A stretch of 64,000 bases of DNA from positions 371,613 through 435,612 of the forward strand of contig CAXXMV010000003.1 of assembly GCA_963662285.2 (NCBI GenBank), written 5' to 3'. Below the pieces are notes generated by a model. The model was given only the letters and a program-made list of their open reading frames with translations. It had not been told where the DNA came from and did not search any database. Below are positions 27,430 to 37,249 of the stretch, one piece after another; the stretch's first letter is position 1, and every line of letters begins with the position of its first letter. Origin of the DNA: a bacterium. GTDB taxonomy: Bacteria; Hinthialibacterota; Hinthialibacteria; Hinthialibacterales; Hinthialibacteraceae. The position numbers were made by a program, and so were the translations under genes.

Positions 27430-29239
27430 GAGGAAACTCCTTACGCCAGTCTGCGTCTTCTTCCCAATCGGGTTGTTTTGTTTTATCCAACAGATATCGT
27501 CCCATGGCCAGAAAGTCCATATCGGTTCTCATAAAACAGCGGTAGGCGTCTTCCGGCGTGCAGACGATTGGTTCGCCGCGCACATTGAATGAGGTATTCA
27601 CCAACACAGCGCAGCCCGTCTTATCTTCAAATGCTTTAATAACTTCGTAATACCTCTGGTTATCTTCCAAAGTGACGGTCTGCACCCGCGCTGAATAATC
27701 AACATGAGTAATGGCCGGGATATCTGAACGGGGAATGTTAAGCTTATCAATACCGAAGAGATTCTTCTGCTCATCGGTCATGGGTATACGACGTGATTCT
27801 TGAACATTGGCTACCAAAAGCATATAGGGTGATTCAACATCCATCTCGAAATAATCATTAACTTTCTCCCGCAAAACAACTGGGGCGAATGGCCGGAACG
27901 ATTCGCGGTATTTTATCTTCAGGTTCATCTTGGTTTGCATGGTTTTAGAACGAGCGTCGCCCAGGATGCTGCGTGAACCGAGTGCGCGGGGACCGAATTC
28001 CATACGTCCCTGGAACCAGCCAACTACCATATCATTTGAAAGAATATCAGCGACTTGGGGCGCTAGTTCTGTTTCAGAGAGTTCTGTATATGGAATATTG
28101 GCATTATCCAGGTATTGCTTGATACGCTGGTCTGAATATGCTGGACCCAGTAACGCAGCCTGCATACGGTCACGGCCATTTTTTGGCGCCAGAGGTTGAT
28201 TTTTATAGCGGTGGTAAACGCTCAGAGCGACGCCCAATGCTCCACCCGCATCTCCGGCGGCTGGTTGAATCCAGATCGAATCGAACGGTCCTTCGCGCAG
28301 GATGCGTCCATTCGATACGCAGTTGAGCGCAACGCCTCCCGCCAGACACAGGTTTTTCTGTCCGGTTGTTTTATGCACATGCCTGGCGATGCGCAGCATG
28401 GCTTCTTCGGTAACTTCCTGAACTGACCGGGCCAGGTCCATTTCGCGTTGCGAGAGGTTGGTTTCCGGTTTACGCGGCGGACCTCCGAATAGTTTATCAA
28501 AACGCTGGTTGGTCATAGTCAAACCGCAGAGGTAGTTGAAATAATCCATATTCATCTTGAACGAACCATCGTCTTTTAAGTCAATCAGTTCATCCAGGAT
28601 GGTTTGGACGTATTTTGGTTCTCCATAAGGCGCCAGCCCCATTATCTTATATTCGCCAGAATTGACTTTGAAACCGGTGTAATAAGTAAAAGCCGAATAG
28701 AGCAGCCCCAGTGAGTGGGGGAATTTGGTCTCTCCCAACACCTTAAGTTCAGAACCTTTTCCTGTTCCATAGGTCGTAGTCGACCATTCACCTACTCCAT
28801 CAATGGTAAGAAATGCGGCTTCATCGAATGGAGATGGATAAAAGGCGCTGGCGGCATGGCTTTCGTGATGGTCGCCAAATAATATTTTGCCGTTATATTG
28901 CAGTTCTTCTTGAATTATTTTACGCAGGAAGAGTTTTTCTTGCAGCCAGAGCGGGATGGCCATAATAAAAGAACGGAATCCACGTGGTGCAGTAGATAGA
29001 TATGTTTCCAGAATTCGCTCAAATTTAACCAGAGGTTTATCATAAAACGCAACGTGATCCAATTGATCTACAGTTATATCAGCATAATTTAAACAAGATT
29101 TAATCGCATGAATCGGGAAGGATGAATCATGCTTTTTTCTTGTGAATCTCTCTTCCTGGGCGGCGGCGATGATATCACCGTCTTTAATCAGACAGGCGGC
29201 GCTGTCGTGGTAATAAGCCGAGATGCCTAGAATGTACAT
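27422..29239 (-). CDS. O-carbamoyltransferase (CmcH/NodU/SxtI family)
   Basis: YYHDSAA, QEERFTRKKH, HHESHAASA, GGVALNC, EFGPRALG and NTSFNVRGEPIV motifs. Confidence 0.93.
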   Translation of the reverse strand: MYILGISAYYHDSAACLIKDGDIIAAAQEERFTRKKHDSSFPIHAIKSCLNYADITVDQLDHVAFYDKPLVKFERILETYLSTAPRGFRSFIMAIPLWLQEKLFLRKIIQEELQYNGKILFGDHHESHAASAFYPSPFDEAAFLTIDGVGEWSTTTYGTGKGSELKVLGETKFPHSLGLLYSAFTYYTGFKVNSGEYKIMGLAPYGEPKYVQTILDELIDLKDDGSFKMNMDYFNYLCGLTMTNQRFDKLFGGPPRKPETNLSQREMDLARSVQEVTEEAMLRIARHVHKTTGQKNLCLAGGVALNCVSNGRILREGPFDSIWIQPAAGDAGGALGVALSVYHRYKNQPLAPKNGRDRMQAALLGPAYSDQRIKQYLDNANIPYTELSETELAPQVADILSNDMVVGWFQGRMEFGPRALGSRSILGDARSKTMQTKMNLKIKYRESFRPFAPVVLREKVNDYFEMDVESPYMLLVANVQESRRIPMTDEQKNLFGIDKLNIPRSDIPAITHVDYSARVQTVTLEDNQRYYEVIKAFEDKTGCAVLVNTSFNVRGEPIVCTPEDAYRCFMRTDMDFLAMGRYLLDKTKQPDWEEDADWRKEFPLD

Positions 29240-29435
29240 TTAATGCTCCATTATCATTAAAATCAGACGACGCGTGAGTTAACTTTTTTTTTGAAATAGG
29301 TATTTAGATAACCAATGTAAACTAGATTCTCTGTTGAAGTTCAGTTATATTCATTATACTTATAGCATATATATAGCTTATGCTGAATGAGTGTTGTTCT
29401 ATCTTTAATAATTGTGGATTAATGGAAATAAAAAA

Positions 29436-30185
29436 ATGGATATTAATTTAAATAATAAAACTCCTTTGTTTAGTGAAGCGACTCTTTTTCGTATGTCACG
29501 TTATTTGAACGTGTTAGAAGAGTTTTCTCAAAAAGGGATTCCTAATATATCAACCAGTAAACTGGCAAATCTTCTAGGCGTCAATTCCGCTGTAGTTAAA
29601 CAGGATTTTCTTCCTCTTAAGGTAAAAGGTCAAACCGGAGTCGGGTATGATGTTTCTCAACTGCTTGAAACTATTAGAGATGTGTTCTTGTCACGTGAAT
29701 CCCTAACTTTTGCTATTGCCGGTTTTGGCAATATCGGTCAGGCTTTGGCCAGTTATCAGGGATTTGTACGTGATGGATTTGAATTGAAAGCAATTTTTGA
29801 CTTGAATCCAAAATTTTTCAGCTATTCCATACGCGGCGTATTGGTAGAAGATATGGAAAATATCGTTAGAGTATGTAGTGAACGCTCTATCGATATTGGC
29901 ATTATCTGTACGCCAGCCAGCGCTGCTCAGGAAATTGCGGATAAATTTATTGAAGGAGGAGTGAAAGGCATCTGGAATTTCGCCCCCACTGAATTGGTCG
30001 CTCCCGATAATATTATTCTGGTTCATGAACATTTAACACGGGGATTGTTGACCATTTCATACCATATCACCCATAGATATGGTAACGATCAGCAAGAAGA
30101 GCAGAATTTGGAAGATAATCAGAAAATTGATGCGCAACTGGATGATAAACAGGACCAGAAACTGAACCTGAATCCAGAGGTCTGA
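29436..30185 (+). CDS. rex: Redox-sensing transcriptional repressor
   Basis: ATLFRMSRY, VKQDF...GQTGVGYDV, GFGNIGQAL and GIWNFAP motifs. Confidence 0.9.
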   Translation: MDINLNNKTPLFSEATLFRMSRYLNVLEEFSQKGIPNISTSKLANLLGVNSAVVKQDFLPLKVKGQTGVGYDVSQLLETIRDVFLSRESLTFAIAGFGNIGQALASYQGFVRDGFELKAIFDLNPKFFSYSIRGVLVEDMENIVRVCSERSIDIGIICTPASAAQEIADKFIEGGVKGIWNFAPTELVAPDNIILVHEHLTRGLLTISYHITHRYGNDQQEEQNLEDNQKIDAQLDDKQDQKLNLNPEV

Positions 30186-30364
30186 TTTATTTTCGATATT
30201 CAATTACTAATCAAAAAGCATATAATAAGAAAACAGGAACCGTTTCAAAATTGAAAACGGCTCTTTATAAAGTATTTTTAAGTATTCTCATTAATAATAA
30301 GTATTTTAACTGATAAAGATATTGAATATTGCAACCTTATTTAATGAAGAAAGAGGTTGTTATT

Positions 30365-30985
30365 GTGAAAGTCAATAAACATGGCTTCACCCTGATTGAA
30401 TTGTTGATTGTGGTCGCTATCATCGGCATATTAGCAGCTATAGCGGTTCCCAATTTCCTCAACGCCCAGATTCGCGCCAAGGTCTCCCGCGTTAAAAGCG
30501 ATATCCGATCTATTGCTCAAGCCAATGAAATGTACAATATTGATAACAACACTTATCCGCCTGAATCTGAAGATGACATATTCACCGGACGTCGCGTAAG
30601 GAGTTCATGCGGTTTATTCTTCCTTACTCATCCAGTTGCCTATTTGAGTTCCATTCCCCATGATCCTTTTCAGGATACCGCCCAGCTGCGTTTTGACGGT
30701 TCCGCAGCGGCTTATGAGACTGGCGTTTTCCAGAAGAAAAAGAAGATTATTACCTATAACATATTTTCTCAAGGCCCTGATATGATCGAAAACGGTCTAC
30801 TTTCCGCAAATCCCTTTATGGGAGTTCAACGTAATGGTGGATATGGCAATACCTATGCGCCATCCAACGGAATAAAAAGTTTTGGTGATATATACTGGTA
30901 TGGCGGCGACTCAAGTATTGTCAGTAATTTGATGGTTGATGGCAAAATATATAACGGCAGTTTCCCGCCTAAATTTGGCGGTTAG
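30365..30985 (+). CDS. Prepilin-type N-terminal cleavage/methylation domain protein
   Basis: HG|FTLIELLIVVAIIGILAAIAVPNFLNAQ; GTG start after GAGG. Confidence 0.88.
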   Translation: MKVNKHGFTLIELLIVVAIIGILAAIAVPNFLNAQIRAKVSRVKSDIRSIAQANEMYNIDNNTYPPESEDDIFTGRRVRSSCGLFFLTHPVAYLSSIPHDPFQDTAQLRFDGSAAAYETGVFQKKKKIITYNIFSQGPDMIENGLLSANPFMGVQRNGGYGNTYAPSNGIKSFGDIYWYGGDSSIVSNLMVDGKIYNGSFPPKFGG

Positions 30986-31335
30986 TTTCCCCTCACCTTC
31001 TTAATCCCTCCATCACCAAATTGTATAGATTGTATTATGCGGAAAGGGATAATTCGTGATCCGAGGTCTTTTTGTTGAGGATATGTGATTTCCAAATGAT
31101 TTTCATATAATCTGCCATACAAATCCATATTCCAGCTGCCATTGCCTCCAGGCACGGCGGAAGCATTGTCGCTACGGGTTAAACCATGTATTGATCCATC
31201 CGGTTCAGACCATGAAACAGAATAGATTATCCCTTCCTGAATCGGCGTCTTTGAATTGTTACCGGGCATATTGCCAATCATAATTCCAACCAGAAACGCG
31301 ATGACTATTATTATCACTATCTGTGTGTTTTTCAT
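30982..31335 (-). CDS. Hypothetical membrane-anchored or secreted protein
   Basis: 117 aa with N-terminal hydrophobic helix and AAGGA RBS. Confidence 0.6.
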   Translation of the reverse strand: MKNTQIVIIIVIAFLVGIMIGNMPGNNSKTPIQEGIIYSVSWSEPDGSIHGLTRSDNASAVPGGNGSWNMDLYGRLYENHLEITYPQQKDLGSRIIPFRIIQSIQFGDGGIKKVRGN

Positions 31336-31406
31336 TTATTCAAATCCTTATCGCTATATTTAAAGGCGTCAATGGCATGGCGAAATCAGCAAACACATGA
31401 TCATAA

Positions 31407-31455
31407 GTGGCTAGAATCAAGGGCTGACCGCATTGCGGTCTTGCCCTTGCCACCC
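31407..31455 (+). repeat. Hairpin repeat family C (CAAGGGCTGACCGCATTGCGGTCTTGCCCTTG)
   Basis: Inverted copy at 41015-41062 with a compensatory stem change. Confidence 0.7.
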
Positions 31456-31505
31456 GACTCGCCCTTAACACCCGACATATCGCGTTCTCAAATCACAAAC
31501 TATAT

Positions 31506-33230
31506 CTAATTCTTCGGTATAACTGGTAATACCAGATGTGATGGATAATCCTTTGAGTGATGAATTAACTGATTGGCTTTGAAAGTTTCCGTATCGGTTG
31601 CGAATGCTTTGCCAGAATTCGGGTTACGGTCAAACCGGGGGAAATTGCTGCTGGAAACTTCCAGCCGGATTTTATGACCCGCTTTGAACATATTACTGGT
31701 AACCCACATATCAATCTCGTATTGGTAAATTTTGCCTGGTTCAATCAATTCCAGATCAGTGTTTGAGTTGCGGAACCGGGCGCGGATGATTCCTTCGCAC
31801 AGGTTATAGGCTTTGCCATCGGGATGCACGTCAATCAACTTGCCGGTGAAATCAGTGTCTTTGGCGTCGCTGGATGCGTATAGAACCAACTTCACTGGTC
31901 CGGTAACTTCGATGGATTCTGTTAGTTCCTCAGTTGTATAAACCAAGACATCTTCTCGTTTTTCTATTTTGCTTTGATCATAAGGCCCGGAAGGCACTCC
32001 GACGAGGTTATTGCCGCCATGGGTGGGAACAGGATTATCGGGATCATAAATATATTTATCAGCCTTCTCAGATTGAGGCGCTTCTTTACTTAAGGCGCCG
32101 TCCCCATTCAGAGTATTGGCCTTTCCATCGCTATGTAGATAAACCTTGGTGAATTCGGTACGAGCCAAAGGCCATTCATGCTCGCCGCGCCATTGATTGG
32201 CGCCCATAACGAATAGGTAATAAGCCGGCCAGTCTTCAATTCCGGTATTCTTACCTTTGAGCCAATATTCATTCCATTTGTATTCAAAACCATGTACGCC
32301 GATCTTAGCGACTTCGCCGAATTCAAGTTCGCCGCATTTGGTTTGATCCACTCCATGCCCCCAGGGACCAATGATGCAAAACTGGTTGCGCCTGATATAG
32401 GGATTCTTTGATTCATGACGCACACGGGTAACCTGATCAAGAGTATCGCGTGAAAAAATGTCATACCAACCGCCTACGTTTAATATGGGCACGGTAACAT
32501 CGCTGTATTGATCATCTATGCCATGCTTTTTCCAGTAATCGTCGTAGGTGTTATGCTTAACCCAATCGCGGATATAGAAGACTTCAATGCCAAATTGTTT
32601 TTCCCATGTGTTCAAGGGCAGTTCATCCCATTTAACTTTGCTTAAATCGGCTGGCTTGCCTGATACAGCGACTCCCCAGCCATTGGATAAGGCCAGTTGA
32701 TATGCGCCGCCAGTATACATAATGTTATAAGCATTAGTGAATGGCACTCCAGGCGCCATGGCTTTGAGATACTTGCTGGCGTTGGGAGCGGAAGCCCACT
32801 GGGTCCAACCTACATAAGAACCACCGGATGTTGCAATTGTTCCATTGCACCAGGATTGCTGACCAATCCATTCCTGGGTATCGAAGCCATCTTCCTGATC
32901 GTAACGAAACGGCTCCCAGATGCCTTCAGAATCGCCTTTACCCCGGCAATCCTGTATAACATAGACGTATCCGTTGGAAGCATATTTTATCCCGCCACCG
33001 TTCTTTTCATCACTCTTGCCATAAGGTGAGCGCACAAGAATAACAGGGAATTTGACGCCATCTCCTTTAGGCGTAAATATATTGGCCGCCAGATTGATTC
33101 CATCGCGCATGGGGATCATGACGTTTTTCTGAAATGTATAGTTCTGTTCTTCACAAATAACGGGTGAATTAACGACGAGTATAAAAACCGCGAAAATCAG
33201 TATGATATTAAAATATGCGAACCGTTTCAT
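31506..33230 (-). CDS. CocE/NonD family hydrolase (S15-like)
   Basis: MRDGINLAA, RSPYGK, QDCRG, GGSYVG, GGWYD, GPWGH and SSNFPRFDRN motifs; start MKRFAY after AAGGAG. Confidence 0.9.
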   Translation of the reverse strand: MKRFAYFNIILIFAVFILVVNSPVICEEQNYTFQKNVMIPMRDGINLAANIFTPKGDGVKFPVILVRSPYGKSDEKNGGGIKYASNGYVYVIQDCRGKGDSEGIWEPFRYDQEDGFDTQEWIGQQSWCNGTIATSGGSYVGWTQWASAPNASKYLKAMAPGVPFTNAYNIMYTGGAYQLALSNGWGVAVSGKPADLSKVKWDELPLNTWEKQFGIEVFYIRDWVKHNTYDDYWKKHGIDDQYSDVTVPILNVGGWYDIFSRDTLDQVTRVRHESKNPYIRRNQFCIIGPWGHGVDQTKCGELEFGEVAKIGVHGFEYKWNEYWLKGKNTGIEDWPAYYLFVMGANQWRGEHEWPLARTEFTKVYLHSDGKANTLNGDGALSKEAPQSEKADKYIYDPDNPVPTHGGNNLVGVPSGPYDQSKIEKREDVLVYTTEELTESIEVTGPVKLVLYASSDAKDTDFTGKLIDVHPDGKAYNLCEGIIRARFRNSNTDLELIEPGKIYQYEIDMWVTSNMFKAGHKIRLEVSSSNFPRFDRNPNSGKAFATDTETFKANQLIHHSKDYPSHLVLPVIPKN

Positions 33231-33488
33231 ATTACCGCTCCTTGGAGTTAAATTAAACTTATATGTTTTATCATACAATGATGCTAATTGGGAAGCCTCA
33301 AATCGAATTAATATAAAAGTACTTAAATCCTGATTTAACCTATAATATTTACTAAATTTATAGTATTTATAAATCAGTTTGGATATATTTTGTTTATTAT
33401 ATATTTGATTAGGATTAGGAATGATCAATTTATTGTATTCATTTGAAAATGGATTTCTCACATCAGAAACTAAATTTGGGATAAGATC

Positions 33489-34853
33489 ATGAAACAGTTA
33501 TATGATTTAGTATCACATAATGAAGAATGGCTGATTGAAAGGATATTGTATTATGCAAAAAAGACAGGATATTCTAAATATACATCTACCTTAAAAGAAG
33601 CCTGGCGGCTTTCTATAAATGAATTGTCGAAAGCCCTTCTAACCTGCATCGACCAATATGATCATATTCCGGAATTAAGTCCTGATGAGGATTATACCAA
33701 GAATCCCAGTGCATCATTTGGCATTTTGGAAGCGCAAAAGCACCGGTCGCGCGGTATTAATTTTGGTATGTTCCTCAGTCTTATGAAATACTACAAGAGA
33801 AGTTATATCGATTTAATTAAACAAGAAGAATTTGAACGTAAGCAACAGGAACGATATATTTTATATATCGAAGGATTCTATGATCTAATCGAACTTGGTT
33901 TCAGTGTTGAATGGACCAGTATCCATGAAAACCAGATAACCTTGGAATTACAAAATACAAATCGTTTTTTAACAAATGAAAAGAATAAGTATTTGACAAT
34001 TTTTGAGAGTTTAAGTCATCCCGCTATTTTACTCAACGCAAATCACCAAATTGACAATATGAATCATGCTGCAATGACGCTCTTCCATGGGGAATCCACT
34101 CCCGGATCATCTTATTATGGAAAAAAAAGAGAACAAAAGGAATTTCCACATCTCAGTAAAGAATTAGAAATTTTCGCACATGAAGAAAAGCAAAGAGTGT
34201 CTTTTGAAAAACAGATAGAAACCCAAGATGGAATGAGATTTTTTCAAATCAGCATAAAAAAAATGCTGGATATTAGTGAAAAATTCGCAGGGATGATTAT
34301 CCTCTTCGATGATATCACTGAGAAAAAGAATGCTGAAAATATTCTTCAACAGTATGCAACGATAGATAGCTTAACAAAGATATACAATCGGCGTCATTTT
34401 TCAGAATTGTCAGAACTTGAAATCAAGCGGGCCAATAGATATCGACATCCCCTGTCATTGTTAATGATCGATGCAGATCATTTTAAGATAATTAATGATA
34501 CTTATGGACATGAAACTGGTGATAATACTCTCGAAATATTGGCAACTGTATGTAATCAAAATTTGCGGAAGATCGATATATTGGGTCGCCTAGGTGGAGA
34601 GGAATTCGCCGTTTTATTGCCGGAAACAGATTTCGAAGGCGCCAAGGAATTGGCTGATAGATTACGGCGTTCGGTTGAAGAGACCATTATTCCTGTTAAG
34701 CAAGATTCATTTAACATAACTATTAGTATTGGATTAGTAACATACAGAAGAGATATAACCGATTTACAATCCATATTGAAGAAAGCTGATGAAATGATGT
34801 ATCTTGCAAAATCCCATGGCCGTAATCGAGTTGAGTCATTTCTTGATTATTGA
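33489..34853 (+). CDS. Diguanylate cyclase with PAS-like domain
   Basis: DSLTKIYNRR, DADHFKIINDTYGH and RLGGEEF motifs. Confidence 0.9.
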   Translation: MKQLYDLVSHNEEWLIERILYYAKKTGYSKYTSTLKEAWRLSINELSKALLTCIDQYDHIPELSPDEDYTKNPSASFGILEAQKHRSRGINFGMFLSLMKYYKRSYIDLIKQEEFERKQQERYILYIEGFYDLIELGFSVEWTSIHENQITLELQNTNRFLTNEKNKYLTIFESLSHPAILLNANHQIDNMNHAAMTLFHGESTPGSSYYGKKREQKEFPHLSKELEIFAHEEKQRVSFEKQIETQDGMRFFQISIKKMLDISEKFAGMIILFDDITEKKNAENILQQYATIDSLTKIYNRRHFSELSELEIKRANRYRHPLSLLMIDADHFKIINDTYGHETGDNTLEILATVCNQNLRKIDILGRLGGEEFAVLLPETDFEGAKELADRLRRSVEETIIPVKQDSFNITISIGLVTYRRDITDLQSILKKADEMMYLAKSHGRNRVESFLDY

Positions 34854-34959
34854 TGAGGAAGATAGAATAGTGCAATTTTGGACTCTGCAAAAAAACTCCT
34901 TAAAATAAAATACTGCACTGAGATAGCGGACATCTCAAACTACTTGACAGATTCCGCCA

Positions 34960-35994
34960 TCACTTTATTGGTTGTTTGGCAACGCCTTCGAATGTTATCT
35001 TGACCTGCTTAATAGTTCCATCTTGATTAAATTCAAGTTTATCTATGCAAGTAACGCGATGGTCACGCCCTAGATTTGGGATGGGGCGTCTGTGATAAAC
35101 GATATACCATTGATCGGTTCCAGGAACATTAATCACTGAGTTATGTCCTGCGCCAGTAGCAATCTTCTCATTAGATTGCAGGATGGTCCCTATACGTTTG
35201 AATGGTCCAACCGCGCTATCAGCTATGGCGTAGGCCACTTTATATGAAGAATCGCCCCACCCGCCTTCTGACCACATGAAGTAGTATTTCCCATGACGGA
35301 CGAACATCACCGGGCCTTCTACATAACCTTCGGGAGTAACCTCTTTGAACAGAGAACCATCCTCCCAAGGTTTGAAACCAGTGAAATCTTGATTGAGAAT
35401 GGTCAGATTACAATGCCTCCAACCTCCATAGAACATATAATACACGCCATCGACATCTTTAAAGACAAACTGATCGATTGGCTGAGCATCATTATGAAAA
35501 TCGGATAATAATGGTTTTCCCAAATAATCGCGATATGGACCTGCCGGTGTATCAGCCACAGCAATCCCGATGCCGCCTTGATGATTTTTAGGATCATTTT
35601 TATCCCACAATGGGCCGCCGGGGCGTTGGATATCATTGGCGGAAAAGAAGAGATAATATTTCTCTTGCTTTTCAATTATCGCAGGCGCCCACATCGCTCT
35701 ATGCGCCCATTTTATTTTTGAGGTATCCAGCACGCGTGGATGTTTGGTCCATGTTACTAAATCCGGTGAAGAAAAAGCATCAAAGAATGTCTGTTCATCA
35801 TACTTTGCTGAATAGGTTGGAAATATCCAATACTTTGAATCCAGAACGGCGCCTTCAGGATCAGCATACCAGCCCTCGAAAACAGGGTTGCCTGAAGTTT
35901 TTTCTGCACTACAACCTTCTTGCGATGTACATACTATGAATAAGGCGAAAATGGTAATATATGGCAACAATAAAAATCTCATATCGTATATCAT
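34960..35994 (-). CDS. Glycoside hydrolase family 43 protein
   Basis: WYADP, MWAP, QPID, VEGP and GHNS motifs; signal peptide. Confidence 0.9.
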   Translation of the reverse strand: MIYDMRFLLLPYITIFALFIVCTSQEGCSAEKTSGNPVFEGWYADPEGAVLDSKYWIFPTYSAKYDEQTFFDAFSSPDLVTWTKHPRVLDTSKIKWAHRAMWAPAIIEKQEKYYLFFSANDIQRPGGPLWDKNDPKNHQGGIGIAVADTPAGPYRDYLGKPLLSDFHNDAQPIDQFVFKDVDGVYYMFYGGWRHCNLTILNQDFTGFKPWEDGSLFKEVTPEGYVEGPVMFVRHGKYYFMWSEGGWGDSSYKVAYAIADSAVGPFKRIGTILQSNEKIATGAGHNSVINVPGTDQWYIVYHRRPIPNLGRDHRVTCIDKLEFNQDGTIKQVKITFEGVAKQPIK

Positions 35995-35998
35995 CCTT

Positions 35999-37174
35999 TT
36001 ATTTCTTCTTAATCAAATCACTATAGGCTTCAATCAATTCAGACTCTTTGCATTGTATTAATAATGCTTTGGCTTGCGTCCCATCATAAGCATTTTTTGC
36101 TGCTCCAGCTGAGTAGTAGGTTATGGCCAGATTGCCATTGGGCAGCAGCAATCCACTGGGATATCCGAAATCTCCCCGGACTGGCCGGGAAAAAACTATA
36201 TCATAGGATATATCCCAGATGCGTCCGTTGTTGCGGGAGATAACTCCGCGAATAACCCGGTTATCAGAACCGCTTCTGTCTCCATAAAGCAACAACAGCC
36301 AACCGTTGGATAATTGCAGCAGATCAGCGGGATGTTGTTTTTGGCTGGTGATGCGTAGAGGCGAAGACCAGCTGCGTCCCAGGTCTTTGCTTATGCAGCT
36401 GTCCAAGCGCTGCATACCGGCGCCATCTCTTGATGCAGCTATTAGCGTGTTATCCGGTAATAGAAAAATAGCCGTTTCATTGTGGTTGGGTAATATGAGT
36501 GATGGATCTCCCCAGGTTTCTCCATTATCTTTGGAGCGAACTATATATGCATAAGAACTGTATGATGGACTTTGGGTTTCCATCAGGGGAACTTTTTTGG
36601 TATAAGCGCCATATACATTCATCAGCAAGGTTCCATCGGACAGACGGATGATGCGTCCATAGGGCGAGCAACTCTCCAAACCCGGAATGCCCAATGGTTT
36701 AGGTGGAGACCAGGTTGCGCCTAGGTCATCAGACCAGGTAATCATGCAGCGTGATTGTTTCATTGTTGGATTGTACGTTCCATCATTGTTGTAACTGGAT
36801 TGCTCATGATAGCCGACCACAATTCGTTTGTCGGGCAGTATAGCCACAGCTGGATTACGGTCATCCGCCGTGCTGTTAACAATATCTTTTGGAGCGCTCC
36901 ATATAATTCCGGTAACATCCGATATGGAGTAATTTAAAGCGCCGTTTTTTCCCAGATGCCCGGCGCCGGTCCGATATACTGCGAACAGACTATCATCCAC
37001 CATGTTTAATATGGGAAAATATCCTCCACCTTCAGCAAGAATTGAGCGCTGAATCGATGGAAATTGATAAATGTTGATCGACTTTTTGGCGACTTCTAAA
37101 TCCTGAGCGGAACCATTAAGCGACAATGCGACTGAAAGAAATATGCAATATAAGGCAAGAAGTGAGTGTTTCAT
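35999..37174 (-). CDS. BNR/Asp-box sialidase-like protein
   Basis: Repeated SxDxGxTW boxes (SDDLGATW, SKDNGETW, SKDLGRSW, SRNNGRIW); DFGYP; signal peptide. Confidence 0.8.
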   Translation of the reverse strand: MKHSLLALYCIFLSVALSLNGSAQDLEVAKKSINIYQFPSIQRSILAEGGGYFPILNMVDDSLFAVYRTGAGHLGKNGALNYSISDVTGIIWSAPKDIVNSTADDRNPAVAILPDKRIVVGYHEQSSYNNDGTYNPTMKQSRCMITWSDDLGATWSPPKPLGIPGLESCSPYGRIIRLSDGTLLMNVYGAYTKKVPLMETQSPSYSSYAYIVRSKDNGETWGDPSLILPNHNETAIFLLPDNTLIAASRDGAGMQRLDSCISKDLGRSWSSPLRITSQKQHPADLLQLSNGWLLLLYGDRSGSDNRVIRGVISRNNGRIWDISYDIVFSRPVRGDFGYPSGLLLPNGNLAITYYSAGAAKNAYDGTQAKALLIQCKESELIEAYSDLIKKK

Positions 37175-37249
37175 AATAGTTAATCCCCCAATATGAATTG
37201 ATATTTAGAGCGGTTCTTAAAAATACGCCTTTTTATCATTAAAACCTCG

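Noticed and set aside
27010-29239. Saxitoxin biosynthesis cluster
   Set aside because: Only the widespread carbamoyltransferase and SxtJ-like genes are present; no sxtA/G-like genes
29240-29435. Rex operator upstream of rex
   Set aside because: No acceptable TTGTGAA-N4-TTCACAA match found
33231-33461. N-terminal extension of the CocE ORF (likewise the longer track starts for msrA, the endonuclease at 18464, rex and xerC)
   Set aside because: The extensions lack protein-like character or overlap neighbours; downstream starts have better RBS or family fit
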